Source: Octopus vulgaris (lineage: Eukaryota). From it: 64,000 nucleotides of DNA. A model generated the notes under the pieces. The model ran no database searches. It saw only the letters and a list, made by a program, of their open reading frames with translations, and was not told where the DNA came from. The stretch covers positions 80,786,001 through 80,850,000 of the forward strand of contig OX597818.1 in assembly GCA_951406725.2 (NCBI GenBank). Reading direction: 5' to 3'. Positions 24,043-38,771 of the stretch are shown here, piece by piece. The position numbers were made by a program, and so were the translations under genes. Position 1 is the first letter of the stretch, and every line of letters starts with the position of its first letter.

Positions 24043-27000
24043 TGTTGTTTTTACTGTTATTGTTTGGCTTGTTTTTCTTGTTGTTACCACCATTGTTGCC
24101 ATCATTGCCAGTAATGTCATTGTTCTTGTTGCAGTTGTTTTTTAGTCATCATCATTTTTGTTGTTGCAGTCAGTTGCTATTGTTGTTCGTATTTAGCCCC
24201 GGGCCAGTCCTAATTAACCAGACAGATTTATGATCACAGACACTTTTCCATTTATGACCATCCTGCCTTTATTTTTATTTTTTTCCACAACATAGTCTAT
24301 CAAAGACTACATTCTCCAATATGTCTTTCCTTTATTCTTAAAATGGGAGGTTGGGTGATTTAAGGCAAGTTTGACAGTTAATTTTAGCAGATCAAGAAAC
24401 TCCCTGATTGGTTCGTGACTCCCACTTGTTGACTCAGTCTCTCCTTTGTTGTTTGATATTATTGTTGCTTTTGTTGCTATTATGAGTATTGTTATTGATG
24501 TTGTAGTTGTTGTTGCAATCATTCTTCTTTTCATTGAGATCATTGTTCTTCTTGATAATATCACTTAAGTTGTTGTTGTTGTTCTTCTTCTTTGTCTTGT
24601 TAACCTTGTCAGAGATGCAGTTATCGATATTTTTTGCTCCAACTGTTGTTGTTGCTGTTGATATTGTCTTTGCCTTGCTGCTGGTCATGACAATGCTATA
24701 GTCGCTGTTGTTGTTGTTGCTAATGCTTCCATTGATGTTGCAGTTGTTGATGCATTTCTGCAGCTGAAATTGTTGTTGTTGTTATTAATGCATTTTATTG
24801 TTGCAGTACTTTTTGGCGGTTTCTATTGTTGCTTTTGTACTGCTGTTACTGCTTCTGAAGATGCTGTATTAATAACTGTTAAGCTGTAGCAGCAGCAGCA
24901 GTAGTAGTAGTAGTAGTAGTAGTAGTTTGTAGCAGTAATTAGCTACTGACATTTAATAATTATAATGAAGTGTTTTGCAATTAGTGTTTTCCAATATATT
25001 ATGTAGTAATCAACATGCGATTTTACTATTTAGGAGAATGTTGAGCAGTGGTGGGGGTGGGGTGATGGAGAGGGTCAAGACGTAACATGGTTAAGAAGAA
25101 GTAAGATGTAAGACTCATAACTACATGGTGCTGGGTTCAATCCCTGAAAATGGGACTGCTGTCTTCCCGCATAACCTTGGATTCAGCACAAACCCTTTGA
25201 GAGAAATTTGGTAGACAGAAACTGTGTGGAAGCTCTGCCAGAGGAACCATTTCTGTTTTCAAGTGTTGACCTTAATTTACCTCCAGGTTTAAGAGCCCTC
25301 CCTGCCTCCACACACTTGGCCCTTGGCTGAAAGATTTTTGCAGAGTTCACCCTATTGTAATCATTCAGGCCTCATCTCCAGTTTGCAGATGATTTACTCC
25401 TTTCTTCCCATCAGTCTGGGAGGCCTTGAAAAAGAAAAATGATAGGTACAACCCTTCTCATTCTAATTTTAAAGCACCCTTGATATTCAATAGGAATAGC
25501 GTTCTTTGGTTAGAAGAAAAGTGGTTGGAGGTGGAGGCTCTTGTTGTTTATTTGTTGTGGTGGTCATGTGTTGCTGTGAGTGGGTTTGGATCTATGGAGG
25601 CCTTGTTTTGAAAATAAATACTCCACAGAGCTATAACTGGTCTATTGGCGGGAAGTCAATTGTTTATATCTTTATGCTTGTATCTTTGCAGATGTGTGTA
25701 CATATACATGTGAGTATATAGGTGTGAACACATATATAGGTTAGATAGGTAGATAGATAGATAGATAGATAGAAAGCTGATTGGTTGAATAAGTAGAAAT
25801 ATATGCATGTACGTATATAAACATATATATATTATAGTTATGTGCACTATGATATATAGATGCATGTATAGTTTACATTTGTGAGAGCGATTGTGTTCAT
25901 ATATATGCATCTTTGTATGCATGTGTATACACACACTTTTAGCAGTTGATAATGATAGCAATATGCCAGACATTGTATAAGGTACTTCCTTGCACTCACT
26001 TGGTTGTGGTGGTGGTGGTGGTTGTTGTTGTCTTTAATATAGGTCATCCCTGATTTAACAGACCTATACTCAGAGACATTCCAGCTGTGGTCATCCCATT
26101 TGTTTCCTGTTTACAGGTACCGTGTTTCTAGAACAACATTAACTAAAACATCCTTCGTCTTATAAGACATTGAGGTGTGATTTGATAAAGAATGAGCTGC
26201 TGTTTTTAACATGGTCAAGTGGTCGTTTAAATACTCCCTAGTTGATTCACAGGTTTCATTGTGAGGAGTGAATATTTGCTAATCAACCAGATGGTCATTT
26301 TGACTGAGTGTGTGCTCCAAAATGTGTGTGTGTGTAATAGCAGCCTTCATACCAAATATGTAAACAATAATCGCAGGGAGAGTCATGGTGGCAAGCAAAA
26401 AGACAGGGTGGAGGAAAAGCAGAAATAAATGTGAAATAAATAGAAAGAGTAGTTTGTTATTTAACCCTAGGTCTTGCCTAAATCAAACAGGTATATTATG
26501 CAAGGCATTCTGCCCCAACTAATTCTGTCTAACCCATACAAGCATAGAAAAGTGGTCATTAAGTGAAGATACTCTTTACTCTTTTACTTGTTTCAGTCAT
26601 TTGACTGTGGCCATGCTGGAGCACTGCCTTTAGTTGAGCAAATCGACCCCAGGACTTATTCTTTGTAAGCCTAGTACTTATTCTATCAGTCTCTTTTGCC
26701 AAACCGTTAAGTTACAGGGACGTAAACACACCAGCATTGGTTGTCAAGCGATGTTGGGAGGACAAAGACAGACACACAAACACACATATATATATATATA
26801 TACATGTGTACAACAGGCTTCTTTCAATTTTCCGTCTGCCAAATCCACTCACAAGGCTTTGGTCAGCCCAAGGCTATAGTAGAAGGTGCCACACAGTGGG
26901 ACTGAACCCAGAACCATGTGGTTGGTAAGCAAGCTACTTACCACACAGCCCCTCCTACGCCTTGATAATGATAAACATCAATTTAAGACAGAAAAGAGAA

Positions 27001-28002
27001 AGAGGCTTAATGTAATGCACTCAGTTACACAATCACCTGGCAAGTGGTAGATCCATGGTTCAATTCCTATCAGTTGTCTGTTTTTCTTTCATGTTGTGAA
27101 TTGGTGTTTACAATGTCTACATGATTTTATGCTGAACATCTTGGGACGACATAGGTGCAGGTAGTACAGTGTGGTCAAGAAGTTTGTTTTGCAACCACAT
27201 GGTTTTGGGTTCAGTCCCACTCTATGGCCCTGGACCAACCAATGACTTGTGAGTAAATTTGGTAGATGGTGTGGTTATCATGTACATAAAAGTGTGTGTG
27301 TGTATGTGTGTGTCTATTTGTCACCACCTCACCCCCCACTACTTGATAATCGGTATTGGTTTGTTTACAACCCTGTAATTTAGTGGTTCAGCTAAAAAGG
27401 CCATTAGAATAAATACTAGGCTTAACAAGAAAAAAAAGTACTGGGGTTGATTTGTTCCACCAAAAAACCCTTCAAGGTGGTTACCCAGCATAGTTGCAAG
27501 CCAACAACACAAACAAATAAAAGATGAGAGAAAAATATTCTTAACTCTTTACCATTCAAACTGACCATATATGGCCAAAATATTCTATGTTCAAATTGGC
27601 CAAATCGGGCCTCTCACACCAACCCTACAATATCATTCTAAAAATGAAGTTACCTCATAAAAATCTCAAAGCAACAAGTTAGAGCATAATTAATTCAAAG
27701 CGATATGAATAAATAAGCATTTCACTTGACAGAATAATCCAGATGCCACGGGACTAATTCATTGCAGAACGGAGTTTTCCACAACACTATTTTCTCTTTT
27801 ATCTCTTTTACTTGTTTCAGTCATTTGACTGTGGCCATGCTGGAGCACCACCTTTAGTCGCGCAAATCAACCCTAGGACTTATTCTTTGGAAGCCTAGTA
27901 CTTATTCTATCGATCTCTTTTTTGCCGAACCGTAAAGTTACAGGGATGTAAACACACCACCATCGGTTGGGGAGACAAACACAGACACACACATATACAC
28001 GC

Positions 28003-28061
<59 letters not shown>

Positions 28062-28887
28062 TTTATATGACAGGCTTCTTTCAGTTTCCATCTACCAAAT
28101 CCACTCACAAGGCTTTGGTCGGCCCGAGGTTATAGTAGAAGACACTTGCCCAAGGTGCCACACAGTGGGAATGAACTCAGAACCATATGGTAAACAAGCT
28201 ACTTACCACACAGCCACTCCTGCGCCTATATTGAAATAAACTAAGGAAGAGGTTTATAAGATTTACGTGGAGTATCGCAGTCATCTGGCCCAGATTTTTG
28301 AAAAAAGGTTTGTCACTAGGATGTGGGGAGTATAGTAGAGAAAGTTCCCATGATACCGAGTGGCAGATGGGGATATAATGTTAATTATTGCTCAGCCCCT
28401 GGGTTCACACTAACTCAGTTAGTAAGGGTTAGTAAGGCAGGAAGGATCTCATTCATTGTCATATGAAGTAACGGGAGCAACCATACATGTCACAGTAGGA
28501 GAAAAGAGCAGGAGTGGGGGAAGGGGAATTCAGACATCCTAGTTTTGTGCAAGTATATTTGCAGAAAAAACTTCAATAGAGAGCAGATATCACTTCACCA
28601 TTAGACTTGAAAGAAACTTCGTCAATAAAAGAATTAATTAGAGAAGAGAGAAATCTTATTAAAACAGAATAATTTGCTGAGATTGGAAGAGAGAGAATTT
28701 GATGAGTTTCATAACAGTAGTAATAAATAATAATGAGTATCTTAGCTTAATTAATGTCTCTGCTTTGCGGGTCATAAAAAGCTCTGTGAAGATGCCATTG
28801 TTGCAGTTTGTTCATACACACACACACACACACACACACATGTATGTATACACACGTGTGTGTGTGTGTACGAAATATACACATTTA

Positions 28888-28925
<38 letters not shown>

Positions 28926-28928
<3 letters not shown>

Positions 28929-30468
28929 TCATCATCATCATCATCATCGTTTAACGTCCGCTTTCCATGCTAGCATGGGTTGGATGGTTCAACTGGGGTC
29001 TGGGAAGCCCGAAGGCTGCACCAGGCCAGTCATATCTGGCAGTGTTTCTACAGCTGGATGCCCTTCCTAACGCCAACCACTCCGTGAGTGTAGTGGGTGC
29101 TTTTTATGTGCCACCGATACAGGTGCCAGACGAGGCTGGCGAACAGCCACGCTCGGATGGTGCTTTTTACGTGCCACCGGCACGGAGGCCAGGCGAGGCT
29201 GGCACGGCCACGATCGAATGGTGTGTTATGTGCCACCAGCACAGAGGCCAGTCGATGCGGTGCTGGCTACGGCCACGTTCGGATAAACCTCTTATGTGCC
29301 ACCGGCACTGGTTCCACAACTGCAAATTCCATTGATATTGATCGATTTCGATTTTGATTTGATTTTTGATTTTTTTGAATTTCACTTGCCTCAACAGGTC
29401 TTCACAAGTAGAGTTATGTGTCCCAAGAAGGAAGGTATGCACAGGTGGACTGACTACATCCCAGGTAGGGGCCACGGGTTATGGCCTCACTTGTCCTGCC
29501 GGGTCTTCTCACGCACAGCATACTTCCAAAGGTCTTGGTCTCTGGTCATTTCCTCGGTGAGACCTAAAGAGCGAAGGTCGTGCTTCACCACCTCGTCCCA
29601 GGTTTTCCTGGGTCTACCTCTTCCACAGGTTCCCTCAACCACTAGGGTGTGGCACTTTTTCACACAACTATCTTCATCCATTCTTACCACGTGTCCATAC
29701 CAGTGTAGACGTCTCTCTTGCACACCACATCTGATGCTTCTTAGGTCCAACTTTTCTCTCAAGGCACTTACATTCTGTTGGGTATGAACACTGACATTAC
29801 ACATCCATAGGAGCATACTAGTTTCATTTCATGCAAGATTACGCATATCCTCAGCAGTCACGGCCCATGTTTCACTGCCATGTAGCATGGCTGTTCGTAC
29901 ACATGCGTTATACAGCCTGCCTTTTACTCTGAGCGAGAGGCCTTTTGTCACCAGCAGAGGTAAGAGCTCTCTGAACTTTGCCCAGGCTATTCTTACTCTA
30001 GCAGTTACACTTTCGGCACACCCGGCCCCGCTACTGACTTGATCACCTAGGTAACGGAAACTATCAACTATTTCTTGTTTTTCTCCCTGGAATGTGGCGG
30101 AAGATGGTCTCTGTGCATTTTCAGTGTTTTTTTGTACCAGAGCATCTGCCACATACAAAAACTATATTCCTAGTTAACCTTCCTTTGACATTGCTGCACC
30201 TCTTATGTGTCCATAGCTTACACTTGGTGCATCTTATAGAGTTCCTACCTACGCCTTTTCTACAGATCGAACAGGGCCATCTACCTGAAGGCGTTTGTGA
30301 TTTGTCTACCTTTCTACTTATTAGGACTTTGGTTTTAGCTAGGTTGACTCTAAGGCCCTTCGATTCTAATCCTTGCTTCCACGTCTGAAACTTCTCCTCC
30401 AGTTCTGATAGTGATTCAGCAATTAGAGCAAGATCATCAGCATAAAGGAGCTCCCAGGGGCATCCTGT
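28926..30468 (-). mobile_element. 5'-truncated RTE-clade LINE with 3' UTR and (ATG)n tail
   Basis: GCPWELLYADDL, FRYLGD, RTAMLHGSETWA, RRLHWYGHVVR, GRGRPRKTW; Cys-rich insert within RT; ends in (CAT)n on the + strand. Confidence 0.92.
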
Positions 30469-32308
30469 ATATATATATATATGAGGATATACATATATAT
30501 ATGTATATACATACGTGAATATACATACGTACTCACATGCACTTATACACTCATATATATCAAAATATACATAAACATTCTTTTATATATATATATATAT
30601 ATTAGAGTAAACATATATACCCAAGTATATAATAGAGTAATACATATACACAGACATATTAAGATACACACATAAACAAAACCAAATATACATATATACT
30701 TATATAGCCATGTTTGCACCCACACACACACACACACACAAACATATATAGAATACTTACTTATACTAGTATGTAGCATTGTATTGAATAAGTTAAAAAC
30801 ATATAATAAATGCACAAACAAATGGGAAACAGACACAGAAGGTTGCCAACTCTTCATCAGTCATTGGCCAGAGGGTCAAATGCAATTTCGCTTATACATA
30901 CATACATACATATATGCATAATAATAATTATAATAATAATCCTTTCTACTATAGGTGCAAGGCCTGAAATTTGGGGGGAGGGGTCCAGTTGATTAGATCG
31001 ACCCCAGTATGCAACTGGTACTTAATTTATAAACCCTGAAAGGATGAAAGGCAAGTCAACTTCGGCAGAATTTAAACTCAGAACATAAAGACAAACGAAA
31101 TACCACTAAGCATTTTGCCCGGTGTGCTAATTGTCGCCTTAGGAATAATAATAATTGTCACCTGAAGAATAATAATAATCTTTTCCACTTCACACATAAG
31201 GCCAAAAATTTTTTTGGTGGGGGTGGTTAGTTTATTACATTGAACCCCTGATATTTATTTTATCAATCCTGAAAGCCAACCTCAGTGGAATTTGAACATA
31301 GAATATAAAAACAGATGAAATGTCATTAGATATTTTGTCTGACTTGCTAACTATTAATATATTCTTTAATAACCACAAGGGCTTGAAGAGATACAAAAAT
31401 ATGAAACTTTCATTAGGAGTCACAAAAGAAAGTGGAGTGTGAAAGAGAAGTTTATAAATGACAAAAAAAGAGAGAGTGAGAGATGTAATACAATATATGA
31501 ATGAACATACTAAGATTTTTTAAAAATACATATATTTGTACAGAAATAAAATATGATAAAATATGTAATTATTAATGCAAAATATAATTTAAAAGAAATA
31601 AAACCTGAAAGAGTACTAGCTTAGTTGGATTTAGGCATTCCAAGACTGTATTTACTATCTGGTTTTGTGTAGGAGTGCAACCGAATCCACTGGTAAGCAT
31701 TTTTGAGACAGTATTGAAAATCCCCATCTTTGAAGTATACTCTTTTAAGTTCATGGAGATGGCTTAGTTTTACTTTTACTAGTAATCTATCGTTTGCATG
31801 TTGTTTATATTCTGAATCTAACAGTTTGTGTGTCATTCTAACTTCTTCAAAAAGTCTGTGACACTACAGAAGAGTGATTTTTGTATATTAATTGCCTGTT
31901 TGATTTGAGAAGTATGGTGAATTTTAATTCTTCTTCCTCCTCTTCCTTTTCTTCATTATTTTCCTGAGAAAGGTTATCATTGTTGTTATGGGGAAATTGT
32001 TCCTCCTCACCCATTTCTGTGGTTCTATACTTAACCATCTTTGTGAGTCATCTGTTCCCCCCCCCCTTTCATGTTTTCACAAATACTTTTTAGGTTTTCA
32101 TCTACAACTACTATTTCCTCTTCATCACAGCATAATGAAATGGTAAAACTGGTTGTTACTGTGGGGAACAAGATGTTTTTTTATCTACCTGTAATACAGG
32201 GCATAAAGGAATTTCATTTGCCATTCCAAGAGTTTTGACTAACAATGGTCAGCAAATTGGAATTTGTTGTTCTTTTTGCTATTGCAGTTGTTCATTATTT
32301 TCATTTCC

Positions 32309-32345
<37 letters not shown>

Positions 32346-32629
32346 ATGCGTGTCCATTCACACATATATTTGTTTAGTCTTCTTAGGTTTTGGGGGCATT
32401 GACTATGACAAATGTACAAATGTAACGACTATCGGCCGCCTTTCCAGTATGGCTCTGAGGCCGTTAGGAATCATTAGGATTTGCAAATACATCTCACTAC
32501 ATGTCACCTTTCATTAGCCCTGCTTTTACTTCTTGTCCATATTCTGAGACAAAACTGATGTGACTAGCCACAGATCTATGCCATTTTCAACATCTCTTAT
32601 CATTCTTGTATTTCTTTAACCTGGACACA

Positions 32630-32856
32630 AATACAGAGTCTGTAAAAAAAACAAAAAAAAAACAAAAAATATTCACACTTCAGGGAAGGAAAAATCTGTA
32701 TAAATACTTAACCTGTATAAGTACCTCTATAAATATAAATACCCCTTCTAATATTTTATCAAATTGCAATAACACTGAATTAAAATATTTATACAGATTT
32801 TTTCTTTCCTGAAATGTGTATGCTTTTTTTTTTTTTTTTTGCCAGATTCTGTATAT
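32630..32856. repeat. Imperfect fold-back, ~85-bp arms
   Basis: TACAGAGTCTG-A-rich-CACTTCAGGGAAGGAAAAATCTGTATAAATA mirrored by TATTTATACAGATTTTTCTTTCCTGAAATG-T-rich-CAGATTCTGTA. Confidence 0.75.
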
Positions 32857-33379
32857 AGTCAGAAGTATATCTGAATATTTCAGCCTGTGTTTTGGCTGAC
32901 TCATCAGTTTTGAATGTCCTGCAGATATTGTCATAACTTTTGCTTCTTCAGTTGAGAAGGTTTCTCCTTAGATGTTCTAAAGTGTTTATTGCAATTCTTG
33001 CCAAGAGGTCAGATTTAATCCACTTCCATCCTTACATAAGCAGAAATATATGATTCTTCCTCTTTGCTCTCTCATGGTTCTCTCCTGTTACAAATAAATA
33101 CTCTTCAGTTGTACAAAATTCTCCCATCGTCATCATCATTTAACGTCCACCTTCATGCTGGCATGGGTTAGATGGCTTGACAGGAGCTGGCCAGGTAGAA
33201 GGCTGCACCACATTTCTGTGTCTGTTTTGGCATGGTTTTTATGTTTGGATGCGCTTCCTAACACCAACCACCCTCTCATTGGTTCATATAAGGGACTGCT
33301 GTTTTTGTTGTTTAACCCCAGGTCAGCCTGTCTAAACAGACCTATGACACTGTAACAAAATTTTAATTTCTTTTTTTTT

Positions 33380-33825
33380 TTGTCTTTGGTCAGTAAGAGT
33401 TATTTCCTATTTGCCCCTATCTAGAAATTAAAGGAAATAACTTCCATTCCCTTCAGACTTTGCTTTTGTGCCTTGGACTTCAATGATTTGGAATTGACCT
33501 ATTTTCCATTACATTTCAGAGATTCAGTGCTGTGTTGCTGAAGCAGAAATATCATTATAGCAAATATTCTGTTCATTACCAGAGATTTGCTTGTCAGTTG
33601 CTTGACCTTAACCACTTGAGCATGTCCCTTAGTGGCTAACAATATGTGCATCTCTGATCATGAGCAGGTGTAGGGTGGAGTGCCTCATAGCCATGTGTTG
33701 AGAGGGATTCTTTGGGGTTTGAATAAATGTAAGAAAAGCAAAGTTTGAAGGTAATATTAGTAATTTTTCATACTTTCTAGGGGTAAACAAATAGGGAATA
33801 ACAGTTGCTGCCCAAGGATAAAAAT
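33380..33825. mobile_element. MITE-like element with ~90-bp degenerate TIRs
   Basis: GTTATTTCCTATTTG...CCTTCAGACTTTGCTTTT versus AAAAGCAAAGTTTGAAGG...CAAATAGGGAATAAC. Confidence 0.55.
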
Positions 33826-34895
33826 CATGTTAAGCAGAGTGATCAAAGGTGTTCCAACCATGACTAGTTCATCCTTTCCTAAGGCACTGCCTATCTAGGA
33901 CTACATTACTCAATGTGCCCTCTATTACTCAATATGCCGTCCTTTTTCTCTATGATGCTAGCTTGTAGTTGGAGGGAGATTTGGCTGCTATTTCTAACAG
34001 GCCAACAACCACATAAATGTTCTCTCTGGAATTGTTAGATTAGAGGGTCACATGACATATAAAGAAGCTTCTTCATTGGCCTATGTTGACGTATGGAGAC
34101 TACATAAGCCCTCCAACACCCCCTCCCATCAAGTAAACTATACCATGTTTTTTTTTCTTTTTTTTATTTTGGCGAGGGGAACTTAGCTTTGGTAGTATTT
34201 TAGTAACCCCTTAGAAGTTGGCTCTTGTAGAGATTGAACTTTGAACCATGAAGTACAATAAGTTGGCCCTAAGCCACTTTAGTAATCCTACTATATCCAT
34301 TGTGAGTATGTGTGTGTATGTATGAGTGTATGTGTGTACCTGTGTGAATATGTGTGTGTTTCTGTGAGTTTGTCTGTGTGTATGCATGTGTATGTCTATA
34401 TGTGTATGTGTGTGTGTGCCTATCTGTATATGCTTACTTGTGTGTATCTATATCATGCATTGTACACACATGCATATATATGTTTGTGTGTGTAGATGTC
34501 TGTTCACTCAAGGATGTGTGAATCTGTATATGAAAAGATATATTTGTATAAATATCCTTTTTCTCTCTATTTTTACCATTCGTCACTGATTTCCTTGTCG
34601 TCGTATCACCTTCATTCTTGCCCTCATCTCTCTTTCATGGCTCCTACTATTCTATATGTATATATAAATGACCTGCAGAGACACTGTATTTCATTATGCA
34701 GCCATAATATACTACAAAGTATATTAAATACTTTTATAAATCAATACTATGTTCTACTGTGTTAGCAGTGCTATTACAGCATAACAAATCAGTGTTGGCT
34801 ATAATTTTTATCGAAAATCTATTGATATAAGCCTAACAAGTAATATATTTATATATATATATATATATATATGTACGTATGTACATGTATATCAA

Positions 34896-34941
<46 letters not shown>

Positions 34942-34982
34942 CATACATACATATACATGTATATATGTATATATATACATAT

Positions 34983-35024
<42 letters not shown>

Positions 35025-35799
35025 CATATATATATACACATATATATACATATACATATATATATATATACACACACATGTATATATATATATACATATA
35101 TATGGAGTACATCTATATACACTCTTGCTTTGCTATGTATATGTAGCTGATGGTTTCTTTTTAATCTGGCAGGTTTCTCCAGTCTTGAGACGTAAGTGTA
35201 CCAATCTTAGTCCCATATAAACCATCTGTTTCTGATATTTAGTTACGTTCGTTGCTCGCCAAAATAGTTCAGCCCTTTTACTCTGTCTTTTATTACTTCT
35301 TTCCCTCTACCTCAACCCCTATATAATCTCTCTGTTGTTCCATCTAACCCTTGTTTTCTAAAACTAATATAACCCATTCATATGTCTGTGAACTTCTTAT
35401 CCAACTATTGTTATCTAATGATTTATCTATTTGTCTGTGTGTGTGTGTCTATCTCTGTTGATTTATATAACATCACAATCATCAGCAGCAGCAAGAACAC
35501 CACCATCATCATCAGCACCACTACTGTCGCCACCATCTTAATCATCATCATTTACCCGTGACTGATGCAGCCAGTCATTGAACTGCCACTGCAGACACTC
35601 TGGCCGTGAGCAATCACCAGTGATATTCCTCCTTAATCTTATGGCAGGAGGGCTGTGCCCTAAAGAACAATCCAATCCTTGATGTTATTATACCAGGAAT
35701 ATTTATTGTCCCCCTTTTTTACCTCTCTTCCTTCAACTGCATCCCATAGAGAGGTTTCCAAATTGATATCATTATCTGGTCAGGCAGCTTACACAGACC

Positions 35800-36660
35800 A
35801 ATGCAACTCTTCCATGCTGCTAGATGTACTGATGTTCTATAACAGTTTTCATATCTTCTACTTGAAATCCAGTGTCATCCACAAATTGATCAATGTATGC
35901 TCTTCTTAACCCTTTAAGTTTGGGAATAAATAGCAAGTCTTTTCATGCAGGACAAAAAAAAAGGGAAAAATACAAGATGATAGCTTATAATGCAAATGTG
36001 GCTTATAATACCACACCCATCTTCAGAATTTAGCAGTGTGTTAATAAGCCACGCCAGTCTTCTGTGGAAGAGAGCATGTTGTGTCAATAAGCTACACACA
36101 GCCTTAAAGGGTTAATCTGCTAATCCTTGTACGTCAATGCATGGCTTTCCCGAGAAGGAGATCACCAGATATTTCTTTACATCTTGAGCACTGTTCTGCA
36201 TCACATGTACTCCATTCTCTGATCACTGAGGGGGTGATGGGAAGACTTCCATACAGTTGCTACTTTATTGGATGTTGCTGTCAAGAAAGATTGAGAACTA
36301 CATGAAGCACTCTTGTGTATGTACCTCCAAGCTTCTTTGCAAATCTCTTGTTCAGCGTTCATGCTGAAGAGCCAGAGAGAAATATATATATATGTACTGA
36401 CTGCTTTGAATAAACCCCTCTTCATGTTATCAGGAAGGGAGGACTTCTATACAGCTGAGTCTGTCTAGGGCATTCCATTCTTTTGCAATCCTTACCAGGA
36501 TAATCTTTCCTGTTGAAGCAATGTTACTTCCCATGTAGGCAAAGTCATCAACCATCTTCAAAATGGTGCCATTCAGTGTACAGATATCACCTCTTACATT
36601 ATAGCCCATATATTCTATCTTATTGACATTGATTGACATATTGTCCTGTCTGTGCACTGC
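35800..36660 (-). mobile_element. Decayed RTE/RTE-X-like LINE RT C-terminal part
   Basis: INVNKIEYM...VDDFAYMGSNIAST...RIAKEWNALDRL and RAYIDQFVDDTG; interrupted by a TTAA MITE. Confidence 0.7.
35910..36111. mobile_element. piggyBac-type MITE
   Basis: TTAA|CCCTTTAAG ... CTTAAAGGG|TTAA, splitting the LINE reading frame. Confidence 0.8.
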
Positions 36661-37935
36661 AGTCTTAATAGTCGAAATTATGCTTGGTATATACCCATAC
36701 CCAACAATATTTCAGCACTTTATGGTAGTAAGGAGTGGTTCTTTTTGCTAGTTGACAAATCTGTTTTGTCTTGTTCTCATTATGAGCTTCATAGCAGGCT
36801 TCTTTAAAGCCTTCCATCAATCCACACATATAGGTAACTGAGAAGCTAGACATTTTCTGTGTGTGTTTGTGTGTGTGTCTGAGCAGAACTCAACATCTAT
36901 AACGTCCAATTGCAAAACGAAAGTAAGAATGCATTACAAAAGTACTAGAATTAGAAGCTTCTTCAATTTAGCAGTCCCAAACTGCAAGTGATGGAAGACA
37001 CCTTTAATAACTAAAGTGATAACCAAATCCCAATGTAAACACGGAAGGGGAAGACTTGATGACTGAAACCGTGGTACAAAAGACAACAGACAAGTACAAC
37101 ACTTTGTTGCTGACAGAACATGCATTTACAATGAGGAGTCACCACAGTAAAGAAAATGAAGAAATGAGACAGAAAAACATTTGTTGACGAGATAACTAAC
37201 TTAAGAAGACTTCCACTACAAAATACATTCACTACAGAAACTTCATTAATAGCAAACTACAATTTAAAAAGTAAGAAACAATACCTATCGAATAATATAA
37301 GAACTGTCCAAATCAACAAAGGAGTCTCTAAATGGTTGTCTTACCTACTTGATATATCAGCCAAATCACCTTTTATTACCATATTTCCATCAAAATACAC
37401 TGCCTTTGTTGCAGTTAATTTTTTAAAAAAACGAAGGATTTAGTAAAACACTTTGTCGTTATTGAGCTGACGCTTGGAACATAAAGTAACATAAAATTTT
37501 GATGGAATGGTTTAATTTAAATCACTTCAACTGCCTTTGTTTCAATTATTTTTGAAAATACTTGAGAGTTTAGTAAAATAGCTTTGCTTGTTACTAAACC
37601 GATGTTTGGAACATATATTAACGAAATATTTTGAAGGAAGATTCTAATCCAAATCACTTCAAAACAGGAAGTTTTATATCACCGAGTTGGAGGCAGTCTC
37701 AGGCAGGTTGATACCAAAAGTGCTTTACCATGACTCTTTTACTTGTTTCAGTCATTTGACTGCGGCCATGCTGGAGCATCGCCTTCTAGTCGAGTAAATC
37801 GACCCCAGGACTTATTCTTTGGAAGCCTAGTACTTATTCTATTGGTCTCTTTTGCCAAACTGCTAAGTTACGGGGATGTAAACACACCAGTATCAGTTGT
37901 CAAGGGACAAACACAGACACACAATCACACACACG

Positions 37936-37993
<58 letters not shown>

Positions 37994-38604
37994 AACAACG
38001 GGCTTCTTTCAGTTTCCATCTACCAAATCCACTCACAAGGCTTTGGTCAGCCCAAGGCTAGAGTTGAAGACACTTGCCCAAGGTGCCACGCAGTGGGACT
38101 GAACCTGGAACTAAGTGGTTCGTAAGCAAGCTACTTACCACACAGCTACTCCTGCACCATTGTGAGGAAAAAAAAATTACATGAAGGCTAGTAATAACTG
38201 AGTACTTGATCTGTTCACTGTCCCAGAACCATGATGTTACCATTATCTTACAGGCCATTCTAATACATCCTGCCAATTTCAGATCACGATAATTCATTTA
38301 TATAAGCCATCACAATACATTCTGTATCTACTACATTGACATCACGCACAAAAATTTATCTGGTTTCATTAACTGTGTTTCAATTAACCTAATGAGCATG
38401 TATATATCGGCATGATGTTGCACCTATGTTTTATATCATTGCATGATGTGTTCTGAGATATTTGGGTGTGTCTTTTGAGTGTGGGATTTACTGTCTCCTT
38501 CTTGGTTAGCTTTTCTTTGGCATGATGACTCTGTGAATTTTTGATATGTATTATACACAGGTACACACACTCACAAACACCTTATACATCTATCTATCTA
38601 TCTA

Positions 38605-38682
<78 letters not shown>

Positions 38683-38707
38683 AATTTTTAATTTTTCAAA
38701 TGCATTT

Positions 38708-38771
38708 TTGATACACATTTCGAGTGGTTACATAGAGAATTGGTAACGTAAATACTACCCTCTTCAGTCAA
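38708..38771 (-). ncRNA. Type I hammerhead ribozyme motif
   Basis: Minus strand: TTGA-CTGAAGA-GGGT...ACTC-GAAA-TGTG-TA-TCAA. Stem I is TTGA/TCAA; stem III ATGTGT is readable as CpG-decayed ACGCGT; GUA cleavage triplet. Confidence 0.7.

Noticed and set aside
31572-32038. Minus-strand ORFs with an acidic stretch, possible FLYWCH/MULE relic or nested gene
   Set aside because: Short, frameshifted, with no diagnostic motif or splice signals I can support.
32870-32912. Minus-strand CTGATGAG with CAGCC/GGCTG hairpin
   Set aside because: The hairpin register does not leave an unpaired GAAA core; no stem III or stem I.
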